Shown here: piece after piece, positions 9,839-20,197 of the stretch
How the letters are laid out: the number at the start of each line of letters is the position of its first letter
How positions within the stretch are numbered: the first letter of the stretch is position 1
Source of the DNA: a virus
Taxonomy: Duplodnaviria > Caudoviricetes
Length of the DNA: 64,000 nt
IMG/VR virus record: IMGVR_UViG_2859564202_000001
Reading direction: 5' to 3' (one strand)
Made by a program: the position numbers and the translations under genes
Notes under the pieces: generated by a model
Told to the model about the DNA's origin: nothing
Seen by the model: the letters and a program-made list of their open reading frames with translations, nothing else
The model's database searches: none

Positions 9839-10303
9839 AAGGGAAATAGACAGCATCAACGCTTCGCGGGTAAGCCAGCAGAGCAAGATTCATGGGCATG
9901 AGTCGTAAGACAGACCGTGACGGCACCGCATAGCCACTGTACAGTTGCTGTTAACTAGGACTATCTCTTTTCCTGCCCTGAATGGCGAGCAGAAGATCGT
10001 TGCGTAACCCATCAGAATTTTCTGCAACCAAAGACCGCACTTTGTATCAGCAAAGTGCGGTTAATACCAATTCCCGGAAAGTAGAACATGGGGAGATTTA
10101 ATGAGGAAGCAGTACCGAACATGCATGAAAGAGAGACAGGCAAATAGCCGACCAGAGCGTATAAAGGTACCATACACACCCTGTCAACCGATGACATAGT
10201 CATTCCACCCGAATGAGTAGTCACACAACCAAGACAAATCACAACTGTATTACCCCACCGGATGGTGTAAAAAGCACGGAAGACTTGATTTAAAGGGTCC
10301 ACT

Positions 10304-10365
10304 ACCGATTAAGGCGATTGGGTACCGGAATTCCAGAAAGTCGGTACCCAATCACCTTAATCGGT
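10304..10365. terminator. Long inverted repeat, probable terminator
   Basis: ACCGATTAAGGCGATTGGGTACCG...CGGTACCCAATCACCTTAATCGGT. Confidence 0.55.
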
Positions 10366-10413
10366 TTCTTACTTACTCTGGAAAACAACTCCCTAGGAAG
10401 CTGTTACAAACAG

Positions 10414-10623
10414 TCACTCATCAAATCCTGAATCAGTCGCAGTACCTTCTGTGGATTGATCACTGTCAGCGATGGATACTTTCTGCCGACGTTTCTCCAT
10501 CAGTTTTTTAGAACCTCCGACCAGCCCTACACCTGCTAACAGCACCAAAGATGCTCCTACAGAGCCCTGAACCCTGCCCTTGTGCAGTCCTTTATTAAAA
10601 CCATGTCCCCACTGCGCACTCAT
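10414..10623 (-). CDS. Small single-TM hypothetical protein
   Basis: GGAG RBS; one hydrophobic segment followed by KKLMEKRR. Confidence 0.5.
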   Translation of the reverse strand: MSAQWGHGFNKGLHKGRVQGSVGASLVLLAGVGLVGGSKKLMEKRRQKVSIADSDQSTEGTATDSGFDE

Positions 10624-10846
10624 ATGTACTCCAAACTATTGACATCTACGGTAGATACGAGTCTAGTGCGATCTCGATGCAGTGCTTACCCGCACCACCA
10701 GCAGAGGTAGCGACAGTTGAAGGACACCTTTAGTACGATTACCGGATCCTCTATCATTTAATGCAGTCGCCGCTGATGGTGAAATTTATTCACCTGACTC
10801 CTTACACGCTATGCCAGAATTAATTGAAGTCATGACCTCAGCCTCA

Positions 10847-13060
10847 TCAATCGACTATAGAATCTGCGATACTGTAGCCCCCTAATCGTTCTCGAGTGAA
10901 ATCACTTCTTCCAGTCTCCAGTGCATATGCGACAACTTTTCGCTTCCCTTCCCAGCTAAAATCCGTGAACTGTATCTTACCTAGTTCTACATCTACTTCA
11001 GACTTGGTTATAGCCCGTAGAGAATCAGGTACGTACCGTGAAAACAGACTATGCTGAAAAGAATCTATCCATGCACCACCGCTTGGTCCCTGTCGCGAAG
11101 AATACACAGTCGTTAAGAAAAGCACTCCAATATCTATCACATCAAACTGATGTTCCTCTATACCACTTTGCAGAGACTTCAGCACTGAAGAAAAATTCGA
11201 GCTTTTCGCCAAAATACCAAGCGAATATGGACCTAAATCCCAATCTGAGGGGTCCTGATTCTTCAATACACTTAAAATTCTAGCTTCGGTCTTTATATTA
11301 ACTTTACGAAAAAGCTCAAGGCCACTTACATCATTACCACAGGCTCTAGCCCTTTCCCCCACCTGGTTTAACCAGAAAGCAGCCTCATTAAGCGTCATCT
11401 CAGAAAAGAATTTCTCATAGAGTTGTTCCACTGGTAATTGAGGCAATGCACCAAGAATCGAGCACGCATGGGAATACAGGTCACTGAATATGCCGCTCAT
11501 ACGCACTTGACGACCTTTATCATGCATACCATTAGCAGCGGTGAATAACACCTCAACTGCCATGTGCCTAACACCCTCTCCATCAAGTCGATCAATTGCT
11601 AGAGGAAGCTTTTTCATCACTGATGCCACCATGTCATTGTCATCGGAGTTAATTAAATCGACGAAACCCATAGCATCGTCCGCATTAGATAGATACTTAT
11701 CCAACTGTTCATCACTTATGACATGTCCAGGTCTTTGAAACATGAGGTACGTGTCAAAATAAACTTCCGTCGAGATCCCCCTCTCACGATGCATTCTCGT
11801 ACTAGGGTGATCCGAAAGACGTGGGAAAAGGAACAAAAGCATGGTCTTTAAAAGATCCATCTGCTCGTTGTTCATCCCCTCACATAATTGCTTTTCCCAA
11901 CCGGGTTTCTGCGAGCCTGTCGTTCGACCTCCTTGAAGCAATACTTCCTTCGCTCGAGAAAGACGTTTATACACAGACGGAAAAACAATTCGAATGGTCG
12001 CAAGTATTGTGAGATCAACGCCGTTAACTTCACCTGATCCATATATCCGAGTCCAGTTGGTTAGTAGAGCAGCAAAACGGTGCAACAGCCTCGGCGTGAC
12101 CAGAGTCTTTTCCCAGACATCGAACATTCTCGACTTCACTAGTGCAAAGTCTTCAGGATCACCCGATAGCGAAACACCCTGGAAAAGCTTGTCAAATAAT
12201 GCACTGAGCTCTTTCTCTATTTGAAATGATGTCAGAGGCGGAACATCGAAAGGATACTGCACGATTTTCTCCATGAAACGCAAAGCATCATCTTCGCTAC
12301 CACCTACAGCTGTCGATCTGGCTAGCGTCGTTAACAGTGATTCTTCTTCATAAACCAAAAGATAATTCACCTGCGGGAATCGTCCAAGCAAGCGTATTAC
12401 TTTCATTAACAGCGCCAATTCATCAGTATGGAGGCGATCAATATCATCGACGACAATGAGAATTCGCTTGTTCAGATCTTTAAAATGGTTCGCAGCACGT
12501 GTATACAGCGTTGGCCACGAATCTTGCTCCTGTTTCCATGTCTTATATACAGCGTTTGCAGCATCTACTCCTTTTGAGAGCGCAAGTGCTTCTAGGACAC
12601 CAAACCCTCCGACCCCACCTGCAATTGACCCAATCGTGCTAAAGGTTTTCTGCAGAACAGTTTTGATCTTTTGGCCGGTCTTATCATCAGGTACCGTCCC
12701 AACGATTACTCGGTAAAACTCCTCAATCAAAGATTGCGGGTCAGAGGCCACCCACGGGTTGAAATCAACGATTGTCCATTTTTCGTTCGATAGAGATTCT
12801 TCCGAGCGAATCAAATTAACAAGAGATGTCTTACCACTGCCCCACTGACCAGTAAGACTGAAAACAGTGCTCGCTCCCCAAGGTGCCACATCGCAGATTA
12901 TATTTGCCAGCTGGGCTGAATACGCAGAACGCTCGAAACGATCCTCAGAGATCTTAGTAATAGGCAAGTCTCGACCAGATACTGAATCTCCATCAGTTTT
13001 TACCGTGTTGTTTTTTGCCGCATCTGAAAATGGGGTAAACAGTCCGCTCATTTCTAGCAC
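10847..13060 (-). CDS. KAP-family P-loop NTPase (PifA/YobI-like)
   Basis: Walker A GQWGSGKT, FNPW, Walker B IVVDDIDRL, FMEKIVQYPFDVP, TPR motif. Confidence 0.9.
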   Translation of the reverse strand: MLEMSGLFTPFSDAAKNNTVKTDGDSVSGRDLPITKISEDRFERSAYSAQLANIICDVAPWGASTVFSLTGQWGSGKTSLVNLIRSEESLSNEKWTIVDFNPWVASDPQSLIEEFYRVIVGTVPDDKTGQKIKTVLQKTFSTIGSIAGGVGGFGVLEALALSKGVDAANAVYKTWKQEQDSWPTLYTRAANHFKDLNKRILIVVDDIDRLHTDELALLMKVIRLLGRFPQVNYLLVYEEESLLTTLARSTAVGGSEDDALRFMEKIVQYPFDVPPLTSFQIEKELSALFDKLFQGVSLSGDPEDFALVKSRMFDVWEKTLVTPRLLHRFAALLTNWTRIYGSGEVNGVDLTILATIRIVFPSVYKRLSRAKEVLLQGGRTTGSQKPGWEKQLCEGMNNEQMDLLKTMLLFLFPRLSDHPSTRMHRERGISTEVYFDTYLMFQRPGHVISDEQLDKYLSNADDAMGFVDLINSDDNDMVASVMKKLPLAIDRLDGEGVRHMAVEVLFTAANGMHDKGRQVRMSGIFSDLYSHACSILGALPQLPVEQLYEKFFSEMTLNEAAFWLNQVGERARACGNDVSGLELFRKVNIKTEARILSVLKNQDPSDWDLGPYSLGILAKSSNFSSVLKSLQSGIEEHQFDVIDIGVLFLTTVYSSRQGPSGGAWIDSFQHSLFSRYVPDSLRAITKSEVDVELGKIQFTDFSWEGKRKVVAYALETGRSDFTRERLGGYSIADSIVD

Positions 13061-13296
13061 TGTACCGTGCTAAATCTTGGCACATGCAGCAATATCGGTG
13101 GGACACATCATCCATCGCTGTGTGCTAGAACCGCCGTATGTTAATAAGGCCTACTACGCCCCTGCAGAGATTCTAGTTCTCCTTCTTAAAACGGATATAC
13201 CATCCAACTCTTAAGTCGCCGTATACATCGACTTTTCGGCTTCATATGAGATGCTATTTACCTACTTTTCCAGTGGTGTGTCATAAGATCCGAAGC

Positions 13297-14994
13297 ATGA
13301 CTGTTTTCCATGATTTTGAAATAGTAGTTACCCCAAATCCTGATGCCCCAGAAGCTTTGCAAAAAATAGGAGAACAATACTGGATAATCTCGGAGATTAA
13401 CCCAGATCTGAAAACTGTTCAATGGGCGCAGAATGTCTCAGATATTGACCATCAACCCTGGTCATCTTCCGCCTACCTCGCTGCTGCAGCAGCAGTGGAT
13501 GCTACAGTCCCTACCGCACATTGTAGTGCATGTGATTCTATCTTGACGTTAACGTCTCGTGCCGCAGTGAGCGAGGTACTACGAGAGCGACCTATAAAGT
13601 GCAAAAAGTGTACCCCCAAGATTGATGAACACATCAAAAAAATATTAGACCCAGCAGCCCAGGCGAGACAAAAAGAACGCGCTGCGCGAAAACGGGAAGA
13701 AGACTGCAAAAGGGCGCAACAGCGGCTTGCAGATCAGAAGGCGCGAGAGGCGCGACAGCTGCTAGATATTGAACGTCAGCAGGTGATTGCAGATCGCTAT
13801 GGGCCGTTGGTGAATATGCATAGCGACGCTGTGCTAGCGGGTGCTTCAATAAGAGCAAAAATAGGTGCTCTCGCAACTATTTACGGTGCTCAAAACTTAG
13901 AGAATGTCATTCACTCAGTTAGTTTTACTGACAGACGTATTTCTCCCGATGGACAACTGTCGAAAGAATTATTTCGCGAAGCTTGGAGCGCAAACCTTCT
14001 TATCCCTGATCCATCTTCTGATGTGGAAGCGTTTGCGTGGAGCGAAAAGAATTCCACTGAGCTAGCGGGAGGCATATTCGTTGAGAAAATGCTATTTACT
14101 GTCCCGGACACAGGCCGCTCCAATAACCGTGTCCAGAGCTTCTCAGAAGAACTTCGTAACCACATTTCTTTGAAAGATATGTATTCTACACAACGTGAAG
14201 AGCTATTAGACCTTGCCTACGAGCTCATGGTGGGGGAAGCAGTACGTTTTGCTAACTTCCGCCTTTATGATCAGAATCTCCCACCACTTACTGAAGCAAA
14301 TATAGACAAATTGAGAGCCCATCTACGTGAGGCCGCAGCTAGTGCGTCACTAGGAGTGTTATATCTAATGGTGTGGCGATCTGTAAAAGACGCAGCTGCA
14401 GCGCACACTAAACATACAAGAATGAGCAAAGAAAATGCGACAACGCATAGTGTTACAAAAGTTTCTATCTTTGTTGACCAATTATTAAGCGGAACATTCC
14501 CTTGTTCAAAGCCTTTTCACGAATCTTCACAAGTCCCACTGAGTGAAGCCACCAAGATAGTTTTTAATTTGATTATGGAGTCACCGCCGATGGAAACTGA
14601 GCCGAGTGTGCTGCGAAATTCCCTCCAAGAACACTCGGATTGGGAGCTATTGCAACAGTGTGATGAGAAGATTCCTGATCGGGAGTTTCTGATGGAGTGG
14701 TTATATCAAGAACAGACGTGGACTGCAGAGCAATTTTTTGATGCTCTAGCTATGGTTTCTTCTAGCGAGTTTCGTATATGTGCACCTGGATGTGCGCATC
14801 AAGTAAGTGCAGACATCGCTACACAAGTCTTAGAATTCCACGATCGAGTGTCTTTCCATGACGATCGTAAAAGCGCCATGCTTGCTGCTGAAGCAACTAT
14901 TATTGGTAACAAAATTGGTTCACAAGCACGGGCCGGAGACTTTGTTTTAGGTGAAGTAATCACCAAGCTGCAGAACATACCTGGTGAGGTATAA
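13297..14994 (+). CDS. Large hypothetical protein with Zn-ribbon (CSAC..CKKC) and coiled coil
   Basis: Long ORF, divergent from the KAP NTPase gene. Confidence 0.75.
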   Translation: MTVFHDFEIVVTPNPDAPEALQKIGEQYWIISEINPDLKTVQWAQNVSDIDHQPWSSSAYLAAAAAVDATVPTAHCSACDSILTLTSRAAVSEVLRERPIKCKKCTPKIDEHIKKILDPAAQARQKERAARKREEDCKRAQQRLADQKAREARQLLDIERQQVIADRYGPLVNMHSDAVLAGASIRAKIGALATIYGAQNLENVIHSVSFTDRRISPDGQLSKELFREAWSANLLIPDPSSDVEAFAWSEKNSTELAGGIFVEKMLFTVPDTGRSNNRVQSFSEELRNHISLKDMYSTQREELLDLAYELMVGEAVRFANFRLYDQNLPPLTEANIDKLRAHLREAAASASLGVLYLMVWRSVKDAAAAHTKHTRMSKENATTHSVTKVSIFVDQLLSGTFPCSKPFHESSQVPLSEATKIVFNLIMESPPMETEPSVLRNSLQEHSDWELLQQCDEKIPDREFLMEWLYQEQTWTAEQFFDALAMVSSSEFRICAPGCAHQVSADIATQVLEFHDRVSFHDDRKSAMLAAEATIIGNKIGSQARAGDFVLGEVITKLQNIPGEV

Positions 14995-15039
14995 CTTCTG
15001 CGTCGTCCAATTAGTCTATGACTATTTTTCTCGACGCTG

Positions 15040-15261
15040 ATGGAGAAGTCGTGGATTTTCGCCCGTAACCACCAAGAACTCGCCGAGGTACTCCTCGAAC
15101 ATCTCGACATCACCCATGACAGCGATCTCGTGCGCCTCGCAGCAGCGTGTCTCGACTGTGAGGTCGATGCCGTCATGTGGGTAGAAGACAAAGACAATGA
15201 ACCACCACTCAACAGTTTTTTCACACTCAGTGCAGTGACACTACTCAACATCTATCTATAG
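15040..15261 (+). CDS. Short hypothetical protein, possibly a 3' gene remnant
   Basis: Backbone-like C-rich codon style; followed by a hairpin at 15266-15309. Confidence 0.4.
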   Translation: MEKSWIFARNHQELAEVLLEHLDITHDSDLVRLAAACLDCEVDAVMWVEDKDNEPPLNSFFTLSAVTLLNIYL

Positions 15262-15608
15262 AAAAGCCATCAACGCCCCTCACAGAAAAAGTGATGAGGT
15301 GTTGATGGCGTTGACAGAGTTGCCGCACATCCACAGGCGAGCGCAAACAACACACCTGCGACATCCGTGTGAATTTCTACCCGTCAATGACCACAAGGTG
15401 AACCCGTGGCTTACTCAAGTGAAGTGCCCCAGGTTTTGTTCCGTTTGAGTAGATGGGAAAATCTGAGGCACTTCATACCGGCACACTTGATCTCTGTGCA
15501 CATAGCGATACTGATGTTCAGTTCCGGCCACTCAACACAGCGCTGACATTCCACTACAATGCAGACTCTGCAGTATGGGAACTCGCGCCATTTGACTAAC
15601 ACATCCAC

Positions 15609-15661
15609 AAAAAATAACCCTCGTAGTAGCTTAAACAAGCTGCTGCGGGGGTTATTTTTTT
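15609..15661. terminator. Bidirectional terminator
   Basis: AAAAAATAACCCTCGTAG...CTGCGGGGGTTATTTTTT. Confidence 0.7.
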
Positions 15662-15843
15662 ACTTTTACATGCAAACCCATACAGTGACTCCTGCCGGCA
15701 ACAAGCCCCATAAATCGACGTGATAAGCCGGTGCGACTTCCTCCGGGAGATTCCTGCGAACTCACTTTTTCGACCATGATCTCCCATCTTTTGATATCCT
15801 CTCCACCCTAAAGAGTGGAGATTCCGGCTCAAAGAGCGGTGGT

Positions 15844-16275
15844 TCAAGCTGCCTCTGAATTACGCTCCACGAAACCCTCAAGCCCCGGAGCTACCCACCC
15901 TACGGGGAGTGACCACAAGTGAGACAGATCAGGTCTAAATGATGTGCGCTCCTCTTCGAGCACAAGTGCAGCAAAGTCTTCTTCGAGTGTTGCACTCATG
16001 AGAGATTGACCTGGAAAAACAAAAGAAATTTCACCAGGCGTGGAAAGAGCCGTCACAAACACCAGATGGACCAATTGCCCTTTATATATTTCTTCACGAG
16101 CAACATCAGCCTTGTTAATATCTTCCCATTCAAGAAAATGGTTCTTCAGCTTCCTACCCTTCAGAAGCTTTTCAATATAATCACGTCCATCTGAGCCATC
16201 TAATAAACCTACGCAGCATTCATAGCTTGAATGCTGCTCAGAAAGGAACAAGAGAATCAGTTTGTCGGAATACAT
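15844..16275 (-). CDS. Hypothetical protein
   Basis: 143-aa ORF with GAGG RBS. Confidence 0.6.
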   Translation of the reverse strand: MYSDKLILLFLSEQHSSYECCVGLLDGSDGRDYIEKLLKGRKLKNHFLEWEDINKADVAREEIYKGQLVHLVFVTALSTPGEISFVFPGQSLMSATLEEDFAALVLEEERTSFRPDLSHLWSLPVGWVAPGLEGFVERNSEAA

Positions 16276-16416
16276 GCCTCAATTCTCCTATCCTATTCCT
16301 TATTTAACTACGGCCTATCGTACAGGGAAGATAAGTCGCCTTATTGATATCGCAGCCCAATACGCGCCCCTGCTTCAGCGGGTCCGACCCCCGGATGGTG
16401 GACACGGAGGATTTGA

Positions 16417-17313
16417 TCAGGAAGCAGATCTCAGGATAGCAGGACCGCGCTCCTCAAACACGACCGGAGCCAGATATCTACACCAGGAATGCCGGCGAAC
16501 CGTGTTGTAACGGGTACACCAGCGGAAGACGTCCCGGCGACAGCACAATTGATTTTCAAAGGTCTTGGAATCCTGCAGGACTTCCCGCTTCATCGCGGCA
16601 TTGAAAGACTCCGCCAAAGCGTTGTCAGCACTGGTGCCAATTGATCCCATCGACTGCCTGATCCCTAGTTTCTTACACGTCTCCTGAAACGCATGAGACG
16701 TGTAAACGCTGCCGTGGTCGGAGTGAAAAATCGCACCTTTGAGGTTTCCACGCTGGTCTTTAGCCATGAGCAGCGCGTCCTGGACCAAGCTCGTGCGCAT
16801 GTGATCTGCGATAGAAAAGCCCACCAACCTGCGGGAGTAACAGTCAATGACCGTGGCCAGGTACATATTCGACCCATCCTGAATTGGCAGATAGGTGATA
16901 TCCCCGACATAGAGCTGGTTCGGCTTGTCAGCGGTGAACTTCCGGCCGACAAGGTCAGGGAACACTGTCTTGGTTTTGTCCGGCACGGTGGTGGTGACCT
17001 TGCGTTTCTTTGTGTATCCGAACAGCTTCAACGATCGCATGATCCGGGCAACCCGCTTGTGGTTCGCAAGGTCATGGCCGATCTGGTCTTTGAGTTCAGC
17101 CGCGATTCGTTTGGCCCCATAACAGCCACTGTGAGTGGTGAATACAGTCTTGACCTGGACCCCAAGAATAGCGTCGCTGAGCAGGCGTTTTTCACGCGTG
17201 AAGGCGGTGCTTTTCCATTTGTAATATGAGGAACGATTGAGCTTCAACACGTCACATATCCGCTTAACCGAGTAGGTCTTTCGAGCGTCATCAACGAATC
17301 GGAAGCGGATCAC
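16417..17313 (-). CDS. IS3-family transposase OrfB (DDE)
   Basis: VGDITY, TVIDCYSR, FHSDHGSVY, DNALAESF. Confidence 0.95.
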   Translation of the reverse strand: MIRFRFVDDARKTYSVKRICDVLKLNRSSYYKWKSTAFTREKRLLSDAILGVQVKTVFTTHSGCYGAKRIAAELKDQIGHDLANHKRVARIMRSLKLFGYTKKRKVTTTVPDKTKTVFPDLVGRKFTADKPNQLYVGDITYLPIQDGSNMYLATVIDCYSRRLVGFSIADHMRTSLVQDALLMAKDQRGNLKGAIFHSDHGSVYTSHAFQETCKKLGIRQSMGSIGTSADNALAESFNAAMKREVLQDSKTFENQLCCRRDVFRWCTRYNTVRRHSWCRYLAPVVFEERGPAILRSAS

Positions 17314-17606
17314 CAGTTCGTCTCTTCCGCGAAATATTTGGCCGCTTTCCGCAGGATGTCACGCTCTTCGCGGAGGAGTGCATTTTCCTTTTCAAGTTGG
17401 CGGATCCGTTCAGCTTCGGACAGCGCGGTGGCCGTGTTAGCGCCATGTGGAGTTGAGTTGGCCCCGTATTTAGTAATCCAGTTTTTAAGGGTCATTCGGT
17501 TGATTCCGAGATCATTGGCGATCTTCTGGATCGAGGTGCCGGCGGAGTTCTCGTAGAGCGCGACAGCGTCGCGCTTGAACTCCTCTGTGTAGGTCTTGCG
17601 TGGCAT
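17310..17606 (-). CDS. IS3-family transposase OrfA (HTH)
   Basis: YTEEFKRDAV..IANDLGI..LREERDILRKAAKYF; GTGA overlap with orfB. Confidence 0.95.
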   Translation of the reverse strand: MPRKTYTEEFKRDAVALYENSAGTSIQKIANDLGINRMTLKNWITKYGANSTPHGANTATALSEAERIRQLEKENALLREERDILRKAAKYFAEETNW

Positions 17607-17672
17607 GGTGGCAGATTACCTTTCCCAGCATCATGCTTGTTTCAAGGTGTCCACCATCCGGGGGTCAGGTCC

Positions 17673-18066
17673 AGCTTCAGCTTTTGAACTTCTCCACATT
17701 GGATGACATCAACTAAGCGAGTGCGGACATACTGCAGAAACAAATGGTTTCCTCACTTCCTTCTATGAAATCCAGCTAGGTGCAGCCTCTGAGCTCCCTA
17801 CTAGAAAATCGCGCATAAGTTCCAGTACACCGATCACGAATGGCGTTGCTTGACATCCTCCCCGCCCTCGACGTGCGGGGCTGGCGCGTATACCGAGAGG
17901 TCACTTCTGCATCAACAACGCAAAATACTGGATAACCACCAACATCAATGCCTGTATTAATAGTGCTGACATGCTGCAGCCTCTGCCTATAAAGCGCATC
18001 AACACGAGACTGCGCACTATCATGCGGTGAGCTGTGAAATTCTTTTGCTAAAGTGCGATACACCAT
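17673..18066 (-). pseudogene. Degenerate gene, possibly the N-terminus of a Fic-family protein
   Basis: MVYRTLAKEFH...YRQRL...TINTGI start resembles actinobacterial Fic N-termini; the frame decays and runs into the IS. Confidence 0.3.
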
Positions 18067-18129
18067 AAGCTCTATTGTCCCCTACGTGCTCGTTTCTGGC
18101 CTTTTAGTAAGCACCAGGAATAAGCGCCG

Positions 18130-18904
18130 ATGAAGACACAATCATACCGACAATTAATCGTGCCGATATGAGCTCTTAAAAGACAGCATAAAACGAGTTT
18201 TTCAAAAGCCTATTAAGTGTCAATTACGACGTGCATTAATAGATACTCAATCACCTTAAATTGTTGACACACTCCACTAAAACAGGTCTATTAAAAGACA
18301 ATTGAATTACGCCCTAGTAGTACTTGTTTCAGGCCACCACTTAGAAGGCTTTTAAGTATCCACTATGTATCAATTATCTAGAACCTTTAGTGACTTTGAA
18401 ACGGCAGTACTCTATTGGCTCTTAATGGTCAATTACATAACAATTATATTGAGCCTTTGAAACAACTCACTCTGCTGCATATTAAAAGGTCGATTAACTA
18501 ACGATTGAATTGATCCTTAAAAAGCCTTTATCTATCGCATTATGAATAAATATTTAATCGACCTTTAATAGTGACCTAAAAGCCTTTTAAAAGCCAACGC
18601 ATTCAGTGACTTTTAAAAGGCTATTAAGTGTCAATTGAATTGCCTTGTTACTGGCTTTTAAAAGGCTATTAAAGAACACTCCCCTATTGTCTTTTAATCG
18701 TCACTTAATCGACCTCTAAAAGGTAACTAATTGACTCTTGAGTGACACATATTTAATTGACCTTTAAGTAACGATTATAAGGCAATTAATGTGACCAAAT
18801 AAAGACACGTAACTGACTAATCTTTATCTGACTATTACAAGGCTTTAAAAGAGCACTTATGTGTCGATTAAGTGTCTACGCAATAACTGTGCTTTAAGAG
18901 GCTT
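18130..18904. repeat. Array of degenerate palindromic CnnTTAAnnG units, about 11-bp period (left part)
   Basis: e.g. CTATTAAGTG, CTTTTAATCG, CACTTAATCG, CGATTAAGTG, CTCTTAATGG in phased tandem. Confidence 0.85.
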
Positions 18905-18970
18905 GGACCTGACCCCCGGATGGTGGACACCTTGAAACAAGCATGATGCTGGGAAAGGTAATCTGCCACC

Positions 18971-19267
18971 ATGCCACGCAAGACCTACACAGAGGAGTTC
19001 AAGCGCGACGCTGTCGCGCTCTACGAGAACTCCGCCGGCACCTCGATCCAGAAGATCGCCAATGATCTCGGAATCAACCGAATGACCCTTAAAAACTGGA
19101 TTACTAAATACGGGGCCAACTCAACTCCACATGGCGCTAACACGGCCACCGCGCTGTCCGAAGCTGAACGGATCCGCCAACTTGAAAAGGAAAATGCACT
19201 CCTCCGCGAAGAGCGTGACATCCTGCGGAAAGCGGCCAAATATTTCGCGGAAGAGACGAACTGGTGA
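18971..19267 (+). CDS. IS3-family transposase OrfA
   Basis: Identical to 17310-17606. Confidence 0.95.
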   Translation: MPRKTYTEEFKRDAVALYENSAGTSIQKIANDLGINRMTLKNWITKYGANSTPHGANTATALSEAERIRQLEKENALLREERDILRKAAKYFAEETNW

Positions 19268-20160
19268 TCCGCTTCCGATTCGTTGATGACGCTCGAAAGA
19301 CCTACTCGGTTAAGCGGATATGTGACGTGTTGAAGCTCAATCGTTCCTCATATTACAAATGGAAAAGCACCGCCTTCACGCGTGAAAAACGCCTGCTCAG
19401 CGACGCTATTCTTGGGGTCCAGGTCAAGACTGTATTCACCACTCACAGTGGCTGTTATGGGGCCAAACGAATCGCGGCTGAACTCAAAGACCAGATCGGC
19501 CATGACCTTGCGAACCACAAGCGGGTTGCCCGGATCATGCGATCGTTGAAGCTGTTCGGATACACAAAGAAACGCAAGGTCACCACCACCGTGCCGGACA
19601 AAACCAAGACAGTGTTCCCTGACCTTGTCGGCCGGAAGTTCACCGCTGACAAGCCGAACCAGCTCTATGTCGGGGATATCACCTATCTGCCAATTCAGGA
19701 TGGGTCGAATATGTACCTGGCCACGGTCATTGACTGTTACTCCCGCAGGTTGGTGGGCTTTTCTATCGCAGATCACATGCGCACGAGCTTGGTCCAGGAC
19801 GCGCTGCTCATGGCTAAAGACCAGCGTGGAAACCTCAAAGGTGCGATTTTTCACTCCGACCACGGCAGCGTTTACACGTCTCATGCGTTTCAGGAGACGT
19901 GTAAGAAACTAGGGATCAGGCAGTCGATGGGATCAATTGGCACCAGTGCTGACAACGCTTTGGCGGAGTCTTTCAATGCCGCGATGAAGCGGGAAGTCCT
20001 GCAGGATTCCAAGACCTTTGAAAATCAATTGTGCTGTCGCCGGGACGTCTTCCGCTGGTGTACCCGTTACAACACGGTTCGCCGGCATTCCTGGTGTAGA
20101 TATCTGGCTCCGGTCGTGTTTGAGGAGCGCGGTCCTGCTATCCTGAGATCTGCTTCCTGA
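19264..20160 (+). CDS. IS3-family transposase OrfB
   Basis: Identical to 16417-17313. Confidence 0.95.
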   Translation: MIRFRFVDDARKTYSVKRICDVLKLNRSSYYKWKSTAFTREKRLLSDAILGVQVKTVFTTHSGCYGAKRIAAELKDQIGHDLANHKRVARIMRSLKLFGYTKKRKVTTTVPDKTKTVFPDLVGRKFTADKPNQLYVGDITYLPIQDGSNMYLATVIDCYSRRLVGFSIADHMRTSLVQDALLMAKDQRGNLKGAIFHSDHGSVYTSHAFQETCKKLGIRQSMGSIGTSADNALAESFNAAMKREVLQDSKTFENQLCCRRDVFRWCTRYNTVRRHSWCRYLAPVVFEERGPAILRSAS

Positions 20161-20197
20161 TCAAATCCTCCGTGTCCACCATCCGGGGGTCGGACCC

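Larger units (their letters stand above)
16380..17672 (-). mobile_element. IS3-family insertion sequence (ISCg14-like), copy 1, 1293 bp
   Basis: Terminal IRs (GACCCCCGGATGGTGGACAC core); 3-bp target duplication AGC; orfA/orfB. Confidence 0.95.
18905..20197 (+). mobile_element. IS3-family insertion sequence (ISCg14-like), copy 2, inverted relative to copy 1
   Basis: Same IRs and identical protein translations; 3-bp target duplication CTT. Confidence 0.95.

Noticed and set aside
16665-19912. Antisense and alternative-frame ORFs within the IS copies
   Set aside because: Shadows of the transposase genes
16380-20197. Composite transposon inserted as one unit
   Set aside because: Each IS has its own 3-bp duplication (AGC, CTT) and the outer flanks do not match
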